The position numbers and the translations under genes were made by a program. Below, in pieces: positions 24,321 to 38,090 of a stretch of 64,000 bases of DNA. Origin of the DNA: Azolla caroliniana (lineage: Eukaryota > Plantae > Polypodiophyta). The notes beneath the pieces are model-generated. The model had not been told where the DNA came from. It saw only the letters and a program-made list of their open reading frames with translations, and made no database searches. The stretch covers positions 4,898,001 through 4,962,000 of the forward strand of contig JBHGNT010000005.1 of assembly GCA_043228905.1 (NCBI GenBank), in the 5' to 3' direction. Numbering within the stretch: the stretch's first letter is position 1; each line of letters opens with the position of its first letter.

Positions 24321-24332
24321 GGACGGCGGTAG
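24141..24332. repeat. Compound repeat: (TAC)n tracts separated by ggc(a/g)ggtaacatactaaggaac units
   Basis: Three spacer copies at about 24141, 24211 and 24248, with variable (TAC)n lengths. Confidence 0.9.
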
Positions 24333-25049
24333 GCGAAAGAGAATGTACATAGCTATCTAGATTGAAAGAGACTCGTTCCTCTAAGGCCATCGTCCAATAT
24401 ATACCTTTAGGTCCTCTAGCTATAATGTTCCCATATTTCATATCATGAGGCCAACATTATGATCTTCAAACATCTATCGGCGAAAAGAGACTCCTCTCGT
24501 TCTACCTTCCCGACTAGATGTTGTATCACGACAATTAGAGGAAACCCTGCCAAGACTCCCCCCTTGTCACCAATCCTCCATTTATTTATCTAGGCATTAG
24601 GTTCTATAGATTTATCCCTACCTTAGGTAAGCTCAAGATGTGAGGTTCTTATAGTCTGGAATTTTGGAATCTCAAATGGGGAAAATGTCCGAATTCATCT
24701 TTAGTGCTTCATATTTCATAGATTTGAGTAATGAGTACTACATATCGTTGATTGTTTATTCTATCTTTTAATACTATCTTCTTCTTTGCAGACTAAACAA
24801 CTCAAGCAACTACTTTGCAACGTAGGCGATATTATATATCTATCTATCTATTTATCTATATATTGTATGTGTTGATTGTAAGCGATTGCCCTTCCATGCT
24901 TGTAACACAAAACAATTATCTCTATTAATGCCATGTCTACTAATATTCTCACATACATCTGTGATGTTTCTCTATCTATCTTTTTCTCGTCTTTTCAATG
25001 TTTAAGGGCTACTTAATGTTCTTTTGTGATATGATCTTGTGACCCTCAT

Positions 25050-25084
<35 letters not shown>

Positions 25085-27352
25085 CATTATAACCATAATA
25101 CTGAAGATAGAGCACGACACTTGTGCCTCAACTCTGATGTACCCGAGTTATAGTTTTATGACAATAACGTGATTTTGTTCTACTTTCTAAAAGACAAAGT
25201 AAGATTGAAAACCAAATCAATTAGATTAAGCATGAAAAGCATGCAATGTTACCTCAAAGCATCAAGGAAATATCAATACCTATAATATAATACTCAATGG
25301 ATAAGCAAGTCATATATCATCAATCTAAAGCTAGTCATGACTCACCGATCAGGTGCTAAGGTTAATCCTCATTATCAAATATTAACAAACCAAAGTTTGT
25401 TAAATAATACAATTAACCAATGTCAATTTTGAGAATTGACTTTTCCTCAACACATGTTGTCAAACAACAACATTAATTGGGAGAAATTGATAAAAGAGCT
25501 ACGAGACAAAGTTTGAACATAAATAATGTTCAAATCTCAAGTTGATGAATAGCCCTAATCACAATAGAATTATTTAGCATGTCAAGAATAAAGGAGCTCA
25601 CCATTAAGTTTGTTAAATAGTCCTAGCAATCTTATTAGAACTTTACAACATTTTGGGGTTTGTTACTATACATATAAATTTGCTTCTTTGCTTTTTGTAT
25701 TGGTATTTTTGTCAAATACTTTGTGGGATGTCAAGAATGTGCCACAACAACAACTTTGTGGGCAATTCAAACTGCAATGGATTCTATCGTGTCAAAATTG
25801 CACCTAAGCTTTAGTATACTCTTAAGAGCTCACATCAACGCTAACACAAACTACAGTAGTATCACATTCATGAACCTTAAGAAAATCGGATCAGCAATTT
25901 TAAGTATTACATATCATGACTTTCTATTTCTCTGTCACAACTGTTGCTTATAGTCCATCAAATAAGATTGAAATTTCAAGTACTCTAATGGTAGATGGTT
26001 GATAAAGTACCAAAATGGTTGCTCCATGGCATCCAAAAGAAATGGAACTTTCAGAATATTTTAGAAATGTATTTAATATAGCAACTAAATATTTCTGTTA
26101 ATATGAATCAGTTAGTAATCTTCAATCTAGAATAATTTATTGACACTTTCCCAATAAGAAGTGAAGAGAGAAAACAATGTTTAGTTCACTAAAAATTCAA
26201 ATAGACATAAGTGTAGAACAATGGATAAATTAGACTAAACTAGCAACTATTCATCCTCTCAAACTTGGGATTTTCTACTACAATTTCAAGTATCAAAAGG
26301 ATTCATATTGAACTACCAATATCAGCATACACACACATCATTCTGTTGTCTGAGTGAGATTCTTGCTCAAATCCATCTTGGTAGTGCAACTTTGACACAA
26401 TAACATCCTACAATTCTATTGGCATTCGCACCACAAAATTTCATTTCCTAAATGATGTGAAACACAACAAAAGATTCAAATTAGAAAAAACATGCAAATA
26501 AAAGAAGCAATTCAAGCAAATAAGCTCAAACATAAATTACAAGAATCATAAAATATTCCATTGCAAATAAACAATGCAAGCAAATACCAATATTGACATG
26601 GTTTTTCTGCGCTGTTTTAAGTACACAGATTCAGCCAATGTGGCCTCATATTAAAGCCTCTCAAACAATTTGATCGTTTTGGGAATGACAATGAATTGTG
26701 AAAAACATTGTCATAGGCTTAGTGACATCAACTACAAATGTACGCCTTAACAGTTTGTACCAACTTAGCGATCAACCCAAATATGTTTTTACCAGTATTT
26801 CTCAAGTACACAAGAATTTTACAGAAATTGTAGGCCAATCAGTTTGGAAGAATGACATTTTTTTTCAAATATTGGTTTTAGCCGATAAAATTACATTATA
26901 TCTCTTTAGCTTCCATGAGGGCCCAATCAAATCACTGGACATAACATTCATTCACAAGGTATGGTTTTTTTGATTGAAGACAGAAAATGTATATGGTCGG
27001 AATGTCTGTTTTTGAAATGTAAGCCCATGCTCACAATAAACCAATATGGCCTGGTTAACGAAGAAAAACCATTATTTGGCATCTGGGAGGGACCTCAATA
27101 AGAACAATAAAAAACCTTCAATAAAACATCTCCGAGCAGCTATCACCACACGAAGAAAACCAAAGAATGAATGAACACAAAGAAAATCATAAAAGAAATG
27201 CTGCCATATGTAGAATTTTCCACTTAAGGGATCCAATCTTCCTTTGTTTTTGCAGATCATATTGAAGCCCTTTCAAACCAATCTTCCCTTCTTATTTTTG
27301 CACATGATGTTGAAGCTCTTCAAACCCCCAGATTATCGTCAAATTAAGAACA

Positions 27353-30300
27353 TCAGCCATCCTCGACTTGTGAATGAAAAACAAAGCTCGGAAAAGATGT
27401 GGTGATATCCCTGGAATTGATTAAATAATATGACTAGTGAGAAACTCTTTTTTGCTCATTATCTTGTGATATGTATTGATTAATGCAATTATTAACCTAA
27501 AACTCACCAATATTAAGTAATGTATTTTTAGTAAAAAGAAATCACCAGTTAGAAACCGCCTTTGCTTATTATTCTTTCGAACCATAGATATGTAAAAAAA
27601 CTGTTTATAATCTGAAACTACCATATTTAAATCATTCTTTTCTGCTTACTTCAAATAATGAAGTGTCATGTTTCTCAATAGGGAAGGATGTTGCTGGACA
27701 AGACTTCGCCACTCCTCGATATCAATCTTACCATCTTGCTTAAGATCAGCCTCCTCGAAAGTCTGTAGAGACAAACCATTTGCTTTTAGCTGCCTACTTC
27801 AACTTAACAACATTTTTCAAACAAACAGTAAAAAAATGCATTCAGTTCAAACTTTGTAGATCTCATATATCTCATGGTTTGAAGATTTTGTTTTGAAGTT
27901 TCATTTTATTAAAAAAAATCAGTGTCATAAAATAAAGAAAAAGAAGAACAAAAAATAAATAAACACACACAAACAAACATATAAAGTTTTGTAGAAAAAA
28001 AACTTGCAGAAGTTTTCATGGGTAGGAGATTTTGTTCCAGAATTTCATCTCATTTTGAAATTATAAAGTCATTTCATAAAACATAAATATTATATATCTT
28101 ATATATACGCACAAACATGAATAGATTTGATGAAACTGAGGCGCAGGGACATGGGTGTCCTCATTTCTGAAATTCAGATTTTTCCTAATAATTACATATC
28201 CTTCTGAAAAGGAGAGAGAAACCAAGGTGGAAAAATGAAAAGTTACTTTTTGTTACATTTCTAGGTATGAAACAGTTTTCTTTCATATGAACAACGCTTT
28301 TCTACTATCCGGCTTCAACTTTTGCCATTGCTTCTCTGATGTGAGGCTGGTGTTTCAAAAATGATTATCACTGAAAGTATCATTACAACTACGGAGGCAC
28401 ACATACCTTGTCTAAAATTGTCTCTACTACATCATCAGATAAAATCATCCCTGATTCTGCAAGTGTAGTCAAGACCATGTATTTTACCTATGCATCAGAA
28501 AAAGTTAAACCAGTGCAATAAATATATAAAAGTTATTCTATTATCAATAAATATCTAAGAAAAAAAAAAACTTTCTTGATGGTTAGATAAAAATCACAAT
28601 GCCTGTGTTAGGAAGAAATTGGTATGCATTACATAAAAAAATAGTATCCTTTCTAATCACTTAAATTTAGACATTGGCATATGCATGATCCTTACCTCTT
28701 CTCTCCCAATATATCCTTGTTGCTTCAAATCATAGAGACGAAATGAAACTGCAGCAAACACCATCAAAGGTTAGTAGTATCCCTAAATGAGAGATTCAAG
28801 GAGTTCCAATCAGAAGCTGAATAGTCAACGCACATGGAAGGCAAGAAGGTTCTACACTAAGAAGCCATGTAGTTTGAAACAGGAGATACACCATTCCAAA
28901 ATTCAAATCCATGTAAGAGAAGGCAATATATTACATAGAATGATTTTATTTATGCAGCAATTCATTCAATTTGGTGAATCCAAATACAAATAGCTAAGAA
29001 ATAGCCTAACATCAAAGAGAGGCAATCATACATCGGTTTATATCTTCAAATAAAATGGAAGTAATAAAAATACATATAATCAATGTATATAATCCACCAG
29101 TATCTTACATAGGATTTTATCGTCTGGAGAAGCATTTGGATGAAAGACTGAGAGTGATTTTACGAAATCTTCGAACTCAAGTGTGCCTTTCTTTTTGCCG
29201 TCAAACAAGTCAAAAACCTGCAAATATCCAAAACCAGGTTGTATTTTTATCCTGAACAAATAGATAAGGCAGTGAAGCAATTAATAACTTACAAGAAATT
29301 GGGATATATCAAAGATAAATTTCAATGATAACATTACAAATAACAGGGTTGTGCAGCATAATGACTGTTAGTTTTGATTTTCATCTAGAACTCTACATAA
29401 AAGACTTCAACTTGCAATGCTTCTACTCAAATGTGCAGCTAATAGAAGTATAAACTATCCCATTCTCTGCATCTGAACACTCGATTATTGATTCTATACC
29501 AGTGCATAAAATAGATGGGAATGCAGAAACACAGAAAAAAATGAGGTTCATTAACCATTTATTTCTTTTAACGTCATGCATTAATCAAAGCCTTTTGTTA
29601 ATGTCCTGGATCAATTGGTAATCAAATAAAAAAGACAAAAACTTTTACACAATCTGAAAATTATTTAGTGCAAAGATGCTGAATATCAAGCATAAGGAAG
29701 AACGAGGGGATGCAGGGACCTTACCCGGTCTGCAAACCAGCTCTCCTTTTTTCCAGTTTTGAACAGAGCTAACTGGAATTTCTCCTATTAAAAGCAATGT
29801 AAATGAGAAAAAATAAAAAATAAAGTACATTTTAAATTATCCTGCCAAATATAAAGTGCAGTCAGGAGTATATTTTCATCTATTTGAAGTGCTCCCCATG
29901 CAACTATCTGTATTGGCATATGGTTCTGGCCGGTGTTCATACAATCTCACAGAGAATAATTCTTTGACAATATGTATACATAGGTTGTAAACCTTCTGTT
30001 ATAATCTGGGAAGTTCCTATATTTAATTCTCCGAATATTTGTTTCCTGAATTTGCAGCCCTGGTCCAAAACTCTCATGTTTTAGAGCAGAGAAATGAGGT
30101 GTCTGTGAATGTCCACAACTTACATCAAACTCTCCTATTTTGACATTAGTTCTCTTCCATAGGTTCTTTCATGGATGTTTCAATGCCATAAACCAAAGAT
30201 GTCAAACATTAGAACCTGTATCCATAGATGGATAAGAAATCCATCTTCGTGTTTATGATGATCATAGCCACACTCTAGCAGTAAATGGAATCGATGAAGC

Positions 30301-31964
30301 ATTACCCTCACTCACACCTACTGTTCAATTCTTTTACTGCCTATGCATAGACTAAACTAGTGTAGTGTAAATAATAAACTGATTTGCAATTCTGTCCCAA
30401 AACTAGTCTGGTGTAAAGCTTCCTCTTTCTTTTGTCTTTACCTCTTTTAGGGTTCCACTTTCAAATATAGATCAGCTGAGGATTACCTGTAGAAGGGTGC
30501 CTAACCTTCAAAATCATGGGGTAGTTTAAAGACGTTCAATGGGAGAACCTGGCATTTGGAGTGGGCCAGTAACATTTGGAATTCACTAACTGTGTTTTCT
30601 ATTCTCCATCTTGACAATTGCTTATTTTACGTCAGAATAAGATGGTTATACATGACACTAGAGATATTTATGCTTGCCTAATATAATTTCAGTTACATAC
30701 AAAATGGCAGCCTGAAAAATGAATTAATATAATATAGAATGACTGAAATAGCAAACAGAAAAACCAATAGCAACAAATATAAAATAGGCGAATGATACAG
30801 CCCAACCAATGCACATCAACAACAATCATGTGAGAAAGGATAGAGAAACGCATAGGCACCTGATTTAGCACACCATCATCTGGACCAGCACTGCTTATCT
30901 TTTTGAAAAGCTCATAAAGAGCCTCAACCTCGCTGGCACTAACTGCAAGTAGTAAAAAACTATTGAGAAATTCTGCTACAATGCTAGAATCATTAACAAT
31001 GAATTTGAGTAACTTTTGGTGAAATATTAATATCAGAAACAATGAATTACAACATGTACAGTTTTACTGTTCTACTTCAAAAATACATCAGTAAAATAAC
31101 ATGAAAAGGTGGACACAAAAAGCTCACACAAATAAAGCCAGATCAATTTGACATCAAATTTAATGGAACTGTAATTAAATTTCACACTTTGCTAGATAAA
31201 ACAATCGGATGAATTGATTATCCCATGGATGTTCATTCATGATAGCTAAACCCCCGCTCACAAGCAAGAAACACATTTCTAGGCACCAGAGGTTTTCATG
31301 TGATTTCTGGATATGCAAAGATACTGTTTTACAAGGCACACCTGCTTTTCTTACATAGGCTATCACGATAGGCCATTTTAGACATTGAATATCTAACATG
31401 AAGAATATAAGAATAAAAAGTCTCACAACCAAAACCCCTTAATTATGGTCACTTAAATGAGATCTTAATGATGGGTATGCTCTATTTTAATAGTTTCTCT
31501 GTACACATCATAAGTTATATTTCTGGGTAAATAATGGACCCTAAGATTTAACAAATCCTATGGTTCTTCAGATTGCCGTTTGAGTTAGACTTGATTCTTT
31601 TGAATGGATGATTTCATGATCATAAAGACTATTAATTATTTCCATACATGAGTTCCCAGTCATACCACTATACACAGTCAAAGATCACAAATCGACAAAT
31701 TCACAGTTTCTAGCTTTATGAAATATTTAGAAGTTCCTGCATATTATGTTTTGTGCTCATATATCCTCTGCAATAGTCAGTGGAGCAGTTATGCAAGTAT
31801 AGAAGACACTATCTTGAGATGAAGAATTCAATATGCTTACATATAGTTCCTTCTGCAATAGTTTCTGGATGCGCTAAAAAATTGGAATTGTTTGTCTCAA
31901 CGTAGTCGAAGCAACCCAAAAATGAATCGAAGCAATACTTGACGCCCTCCAGGCACTGCAACAT
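27353..31964 (-). CDS. CBL: Calcineurin B-like calcium sensor of the tonoplast type (CBL2/CBL3-like); 8 coding exons, 226 aa
   Basis: Exons: 31964-31841, 30942-30860, 29784-29725, 29217-29109, 28748-28696, 28487-28407, 27762-27650, 27410-27353, with the typical CBL sizes 83/60/109/53/81/113. N-terminus [20 protein letters not shown], then [14 protein letters not shown], four EF-hands and a C-terminal [17 protein letters not shown] motif. Confidence 0.96.
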
Positions 31965-33399
31965 GTTATCACTTCATGTTTTGAACACTTCATCCCTGTA
32001 ACCAATTCCTTGTCAAGATATTTAAAATTTTCCTAGATAATCAGATTAATATACATTTCTGATTGACTAGTGTTGAAAATACAAAATTTCAAAACACAAA
32101 ACAATCCATGCAAATCTTCTAATTGCAGCTGAACATCCGTAAGCCTCAAATAATTAAGGATTGTAGTCACAGCTACTTTTTTAATGTGGCATAGAATATA
32201 TTCGTCTATATTGTGGAGTTCAAATTTTTCGTTCACATTTCACTCACTTTTAGCAAGCACATTTAAGATCTGTAACTGATAAGGCTTCAACTAAATAAAC
32301 CCTAAGAGCAAAAATCATGTGACTACACTACATTTCATTAGAAACACCAAATGCATAAGTGTAAACACTAAACTTGCACCTATGGACATAGAGAAAAGTT
32401 ATGACATATATTGGACTTCAGGTTGTACACGGTATGTGTGTGCATGTATGTGAGAGCAAGAAAGAGGGAAAGAAAGAGAGGACTATATTAACACCTACAA
32501 ATATAAGAAAAAAATGTGCAACAGTGTCTGCATCTATGGGTGTATCATAGATGAAATACAAAGAATACGATGGATCAATACTAAACGTATTGCAGGGCTC
32601 ATCAAATATTCTAAACTCTAGTCACATGTAAATTGTCCTCAATTGCAATAGAAAAAACAAGCATTACCATCAAAATATGCATATGTGGATCATGTACATC
32701 AGAATGGGCGATTAATATGCCCCTTATAATATCTTATCCATTTTTTATATATATCAATTTTATAATTGTCCTCAGAGGTCAAATATAAGCTGTGGGACCA
32801 AAGTGCAACATTTTCACCTAGTATGTGTCAAGATTCTTAGTGACTCACTACATTTAAAAACTTTGCTGATGAACCATGTAATTGATGTGCACATTACAAC
32901 TATACGGGAAATGTGTGGGGAAAGCAAACTTGAATGTGATCACAGATGGAGCATTGTAGAACAGTGAGATACTCAGTCACACAAACTTGTTTGAGGAAAG
33001 GCAAGTCTCCTTGCTTGTGCCCCAATGACCCATCTCACAATGAAGAGAATGTGAGCTAAATTGTATGGAAGCAATGGTATGGATGGAGAACTAGGGAATT
33101 GGCTCTAAGATGTATGGGTGAGCATACTTTGATTGTTCAAAGAAGAAGATGGTTTTGTAATTTGATGCAACATAAGTATTATGTGTGCAGCATGAGCTTG
33201 CACATTTCTCTCTATTTGTGATACATTGGCATCATAACAAATCTACTAAGTCATCATGACGCAAATGTAGTGCATCCCATGTTCTAAACCATATTCTTAT
33301 ATCTTGCATCCATCCAAAATTCAAATCTCATCTTTTGAACTTTTTTATTTGCTTTCTATGCAATTTTAGGAAGTCAAATGAAATGCAGGGGCTACATAC

Positions 33400-33813
33400 A
33401 TGTGGATCTGGCTCGAGTTCTGAGACAGTCTTATTCATATGCTATCGTACTTACCTCCCAAACGATCAAAATATACAAATGTAAGCAATGATAGTTGAAA
33501 AACCAAGAAAGAAAACAAAATTGAGTCACCCTACAATGTCCAATCTGAGAGCATTATGCAATACTCAATTCTATGCGAAGTATTCCTCAAGGGCGACTTC
33601 AATGCCAACACCGAAAATAGAAAATGTGATACCTATGACCTGGAAGACCTGGAGATGATGCATTCATATCTTTGGAATGATTTGAGAACATATAGGAGCT
33701 CTGCTGACTCAGGACCGAACAACACAGGATACGGAAAACATTTATTAGAGCTAAGTTCTTGACACCAGCTAGCTATCTACAATGGTCTGAACTATTGGCC
33801 AAATTAAGGTGTT

Positions 33814-33870
<57 letters not shown>

Positions 33871-34690
33871 ACACATCTTCGATCAAGCCCAATCCTTGCA
33901 CAAATTTCTCTCACAACCACAATGTGCACTCTCAATTGCAACATTCATTGGTAAAGTTCTTGAACATCGAGAGCCGCTACTCACTTTCACACATATCATG
34001 TGAAATGTAATATTTTTGGTCTCATAGGTCATATTTGACCTCCAAAGACGATAATATAATCTATCTATCTATCTATCTCCATAATGACTAATATTAGTGA
34101 ATAAAGGGTTCTCTCTCATGTATAAGAGAACCCTGCCACCCAACCCCAATCAAGGATCCACAACTATTATGCAGAAAGCTTGTATCATGTTCCTCACCAA
34201 CCCCCTTTATCACAACCAACAAAAACTCGCCCTACTTCCTCTACCTTCTTCACCTCTCATTCAGGGTTGAGAAGGTCAAACTGCACCTTGGACACGGAAG
34301 ATCGTCTAACCACACATGACTACAAGGTGAACATCTCATGTTATATATGTGGTATGTACAGTTACCTCTATCCTTGCACACATGTTCAATAGAGCCTTAA
34401 CAAAACATGAACCATGCACATGCTTGTGTCTATCCGTAAGTCAGGAAGCCCCCTCCAACCAGGGAATCACCGTACCATCATGATTAGAAACTTTACGGAT
34501 CAGTGTTTGGAGTGGAAGTCAACACTTACAGCAAGGTCAAAGAGGTACAAACCCTGGGCTAACAGGGATTTAGGAGAGCCTCCTCTACCACGATCAAATT
34601 CTCACATTTCATTGCTTGGTGAGCCAAGAAACGGTGCAAAAGAAGCGAGTTTTATGGATTCTTTATAGATTTCTGCAAGGCCTTTAAAAT
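33400..34690 (+). mobile_element. Degenerate LINE fragment (APE endonuclease + RT start) in the CBL leader intron
   Basis: VFLKGDFNA (APE GDFN motif), YGKHLLEL, IRKSGSPLQPGNHRTIMI and FIDFCKAF (34662-34685). Interrupted by (CT)n at about 33818-33868. Confidence 0.75.
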
Positions 34691-37600
34691 TCGTCATAGC
34701 CTTGTTTCACCACACTACCCTAACTGGGATATGAAAACCCGACACCACTGCTCTCACATATACTAGTTATGCATTTCATGCCCATAAATCATCTTCAAAG
34801 TCATCATACTTGGATTAAGGCCATGATTGTGGAGCTTTAGAGCATTTATTTTTGTTTTAGAGTAGATGGCATGAACTTGCCTTGTCTGATAGGGCAATTT
34901 CAGCTTCTAGCAAATGTTAATATATCTTTCTTTCAGGTTTCAAACTGAGAGAAATGAGAAAGAAAGAGAAATAGGGGACATTGAGGAAGGAGATGTGATG
35001 GATGCAGCACCAAAGGTTTTTGGACTTTGTTGATATGAACCACAGATCATCAATTCCACCTCATTTATGTTTATTCAACAGAAATTGTAGATCATTTCAT
35101 TGATGCAGAATTCATAATTGATGAGGATAGAAGAGTCACCATGGTTAGATTGGTGTTTATGAGGTAGAACTTAATTTCTGCCCAACTGGTATCTTGTACC
35201 ATTACTCTGGAATCACTTCGGCGGTTATCTTCAATTGAAAGATAGTCCTTACCATTTCAAACAGTGCATCATTTTGGCAGTTATCTTCGATTGGAAGATT
35301 GTCCTTACCATTTCAAACAGTGCATACTTGTTCACAAGATTTGGAATTAAAATTTTCATGTTTGGCAGATTGTCACATTGTTTCCTGATGCTAAGACAGG
35401 GTTTGCATAACTTAAACATACTAACCTATGAAAGTCATTTTTCTTTTTTTGAGGTATTGGAGATTGCTTCAGAATTGGGATAAGCACAATGCTTTTTCAT
35501 GTCTGATGGGAGACATGGAGTTGAGGCATATCAATGGAAATGGAGTATTTTGGTAATTCTGTTTACTGGAGCAAGTGGAGATTCTCTCCTCTGCTGGATG
35601 TTTGTCCTGAGCATATCCCACTACCCATGTAGTGGCAACACTAAATTAATCATAACAAGGTAGTGTTTTTCACATGCAATTAATATAATTTTTTGTTTTC
35701 CCAAAGACACACACAGGTAGACAGATTTGAAAGCAAGGGATATTAAAAATAAATAATTTTCACCTTAAAAGATAACCTAAATTGTAAATCTTAGCTTTCA
35801 GATTCATACAGATCAGCAGCATTAGCACACATTTTTTTCTTGAGAATGCGTTCAACAAATTAGGTTTCCCAAAACATGCAGAGGTAAAAAGCCCTCTCAT
35901 CAGCTGCTAATGTTCTACAGGTATGATTTTCTGTTCCAATCTTCCCCAGCAATTGCTTTCAAATATCAAAATCTCTCATTTTGTATTTGACAAGCATTTC
36001 CTAGTGCACCATATCTACGAAGTTGGAATATTAATTTTGTAATTCTGTTTATTGGAGCAAGTGGAGATTCTCTCATCTGCCGATGTTTGTCCTGCCTAGT
36101 GGCACTTCAGCGTGCCCCACTATCCATGAAGTGGCAACACTAAATTAGTAGCAAGCATTGTTGCGGAATCCATTACAAGCATGTAGTGTTTCTCACATGC
36201 AATTAATACAATTGTTTGCTTCCCTGAAGGTACCAATTCAGGTTCACTCCTCATTTTGGCCAAGATGCATGCTGATACTGTTTTGGGAAAGTGGGACTTT
36301 GTGATCTCGAAGCATGCAACACCCCAAGACATACAAAGTCATACTACAGCAGATTTGTCCCAGCTGTAAAGTTGTCTCTTTCCAGCTTGCTTGTAAAACT
36401 TTTTAATGCCAAATTCTGCCATAGATATACAATCATGGGGAGCATCATTAATTCAATATGAGCCATTTGATTCGACTTGCAGTTTGATCCCATGGATTGA
36501 AGGGCTGTAAATTGATTTAATAGTTCGCCTGCCAGAGATCGATCATCATGATCATTAAGAATTCAATTCAGTAAATATGAGCCATTGGATGTTATCATCA
36601 ATTCGATTCCATGGATTTGTAACCCAAAATGCTGAAGTTTCAAGAAATTGTTCATCAAGCATTCTCTGATAAGAATCCACGAGAACATTGAACATTCAGA
36701 TAAAGTTGAACCCTACATACATCAGCATATAATCCTTCAACAGAGCACCATACACTGGAGTTCCAATCTGAATCTCTGAATGACTTGTTGATTTACAACT
36801 GTGAACTTATATATTGAAACTAAAGCAGGGTCTTGAAATGGCAGCAAGATATTCGAATATATTCCATTTATAATTTTTAATGTCGATACCACCAAACTGC
36901 ATGGCTGGAAAACTATATCTCTTTTCAAATCAAATTCTCACAAAGTCATTGGAATTTTGCATGGAAAGATGAATCAAATACCTGAGTGTTCAGACTGCAT
37001 TATCTAAGGAAAGTTCTTGGCATAAATAATATGATCTCATACCATTCAATCTGTTTGATTGAAAATGTATAGATTTCTTCTGATTCAAATTGCTTTAAAA
37101 TGTCACGCAAATAATAGCATCGTGATTGATCTGAATACATCTATTAGAATGAATGAATGGGAATGTTCTTTCCGACAAATAAGATGAACTTCTGTATACA
37201 AATATTAGAACAAATACCAGCAACTTGACTGATATCATTATATGTTCCAAATTCGAACTATGTGATTGAATAAATGGATCAGTTAATTGTGTGACAATGA
37301 TCAACTAGATACTACACCTTCACAGATATAATTGTGAATCTATAATCCAAGAGTACAGAGTAAGAAAGGATCCATTAAATAGGATATTGAAACAATTATA
37401 AATTTGCAATCCATCAATACAGTTCAAGATGAAAAACATTATGAATCCAAAGCCTGCATATGGTTTCCGAGAAAGCAGACATCACAGATTCATGATCTAC
37501 TGCTACAGTTTAAGAAAAATAAAGATTGTATCATAAATCGGAAATGCATTGATACGGCGTAAGAAGATGAAGAAGAAATATCTACGAAATCTGAGACGGA

Positions 37601-37802
37601 GAAAACGGATTGCAGAGTTTTATGAATGATAAGCAGAAATTGAAAGATAACAAATTTGGCATTCCGAAAGGATTCATTCATAGGAGGAGGAGGAAGAAGA
37701 ACAGATCATCGAGAAAGAGAGGGGTTTTGCTAAGTAATCGGGAAGAAGAAGAAGAAGAAGAAAGAAATGTGTATGTATATATACGTATATACTCCGCGTT
37801 AC

Positions 37803-37990
37803 CTGGTCTGTGAGAAATCAGTCGATGCAGGTAGATGAAGGCGGCATAGCCACAAAGAGGATGGACAGGGCAGAGAATGGATTTTGGGGTTGGAAGAGGA
37901 ATTTGGGGGGGGGGGGAGAGAGAATGGGGGAAGAGCGGGAAGAGGAGGAGCAGGGGAGAAAACAGGGGAGGTCCTTTCAATGCATATATA
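37803..37990 (-). promoter_or_regulatory. Probable non-coding first exon and core promoter of CBL
   Basis: Donor CAG|GTAACG at 37802, a CT-rich exon, a TATA-like TATATAT near 37985-37991, and upstream (CT)n/(CA)n. The acceptor at 31996 implies a ~5.8 kb leader intron. Confidence 0.6.
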
Positions 37991-38052
37991 TTGTTGTATG
38001 TTTTGTTTGTTATGTGATGATGAATGAATGAATGACACAATGAGAGAGAGAG

Positions 38053-38090
<38 letters not shown>

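Noticed and set aside
24141-24332. Repeat-spacer pattern superficially like a CRISPR array
   Set aside because: The spacers are (TAC)n microsatellites, the context is eukaryotic and there are no cas genes.
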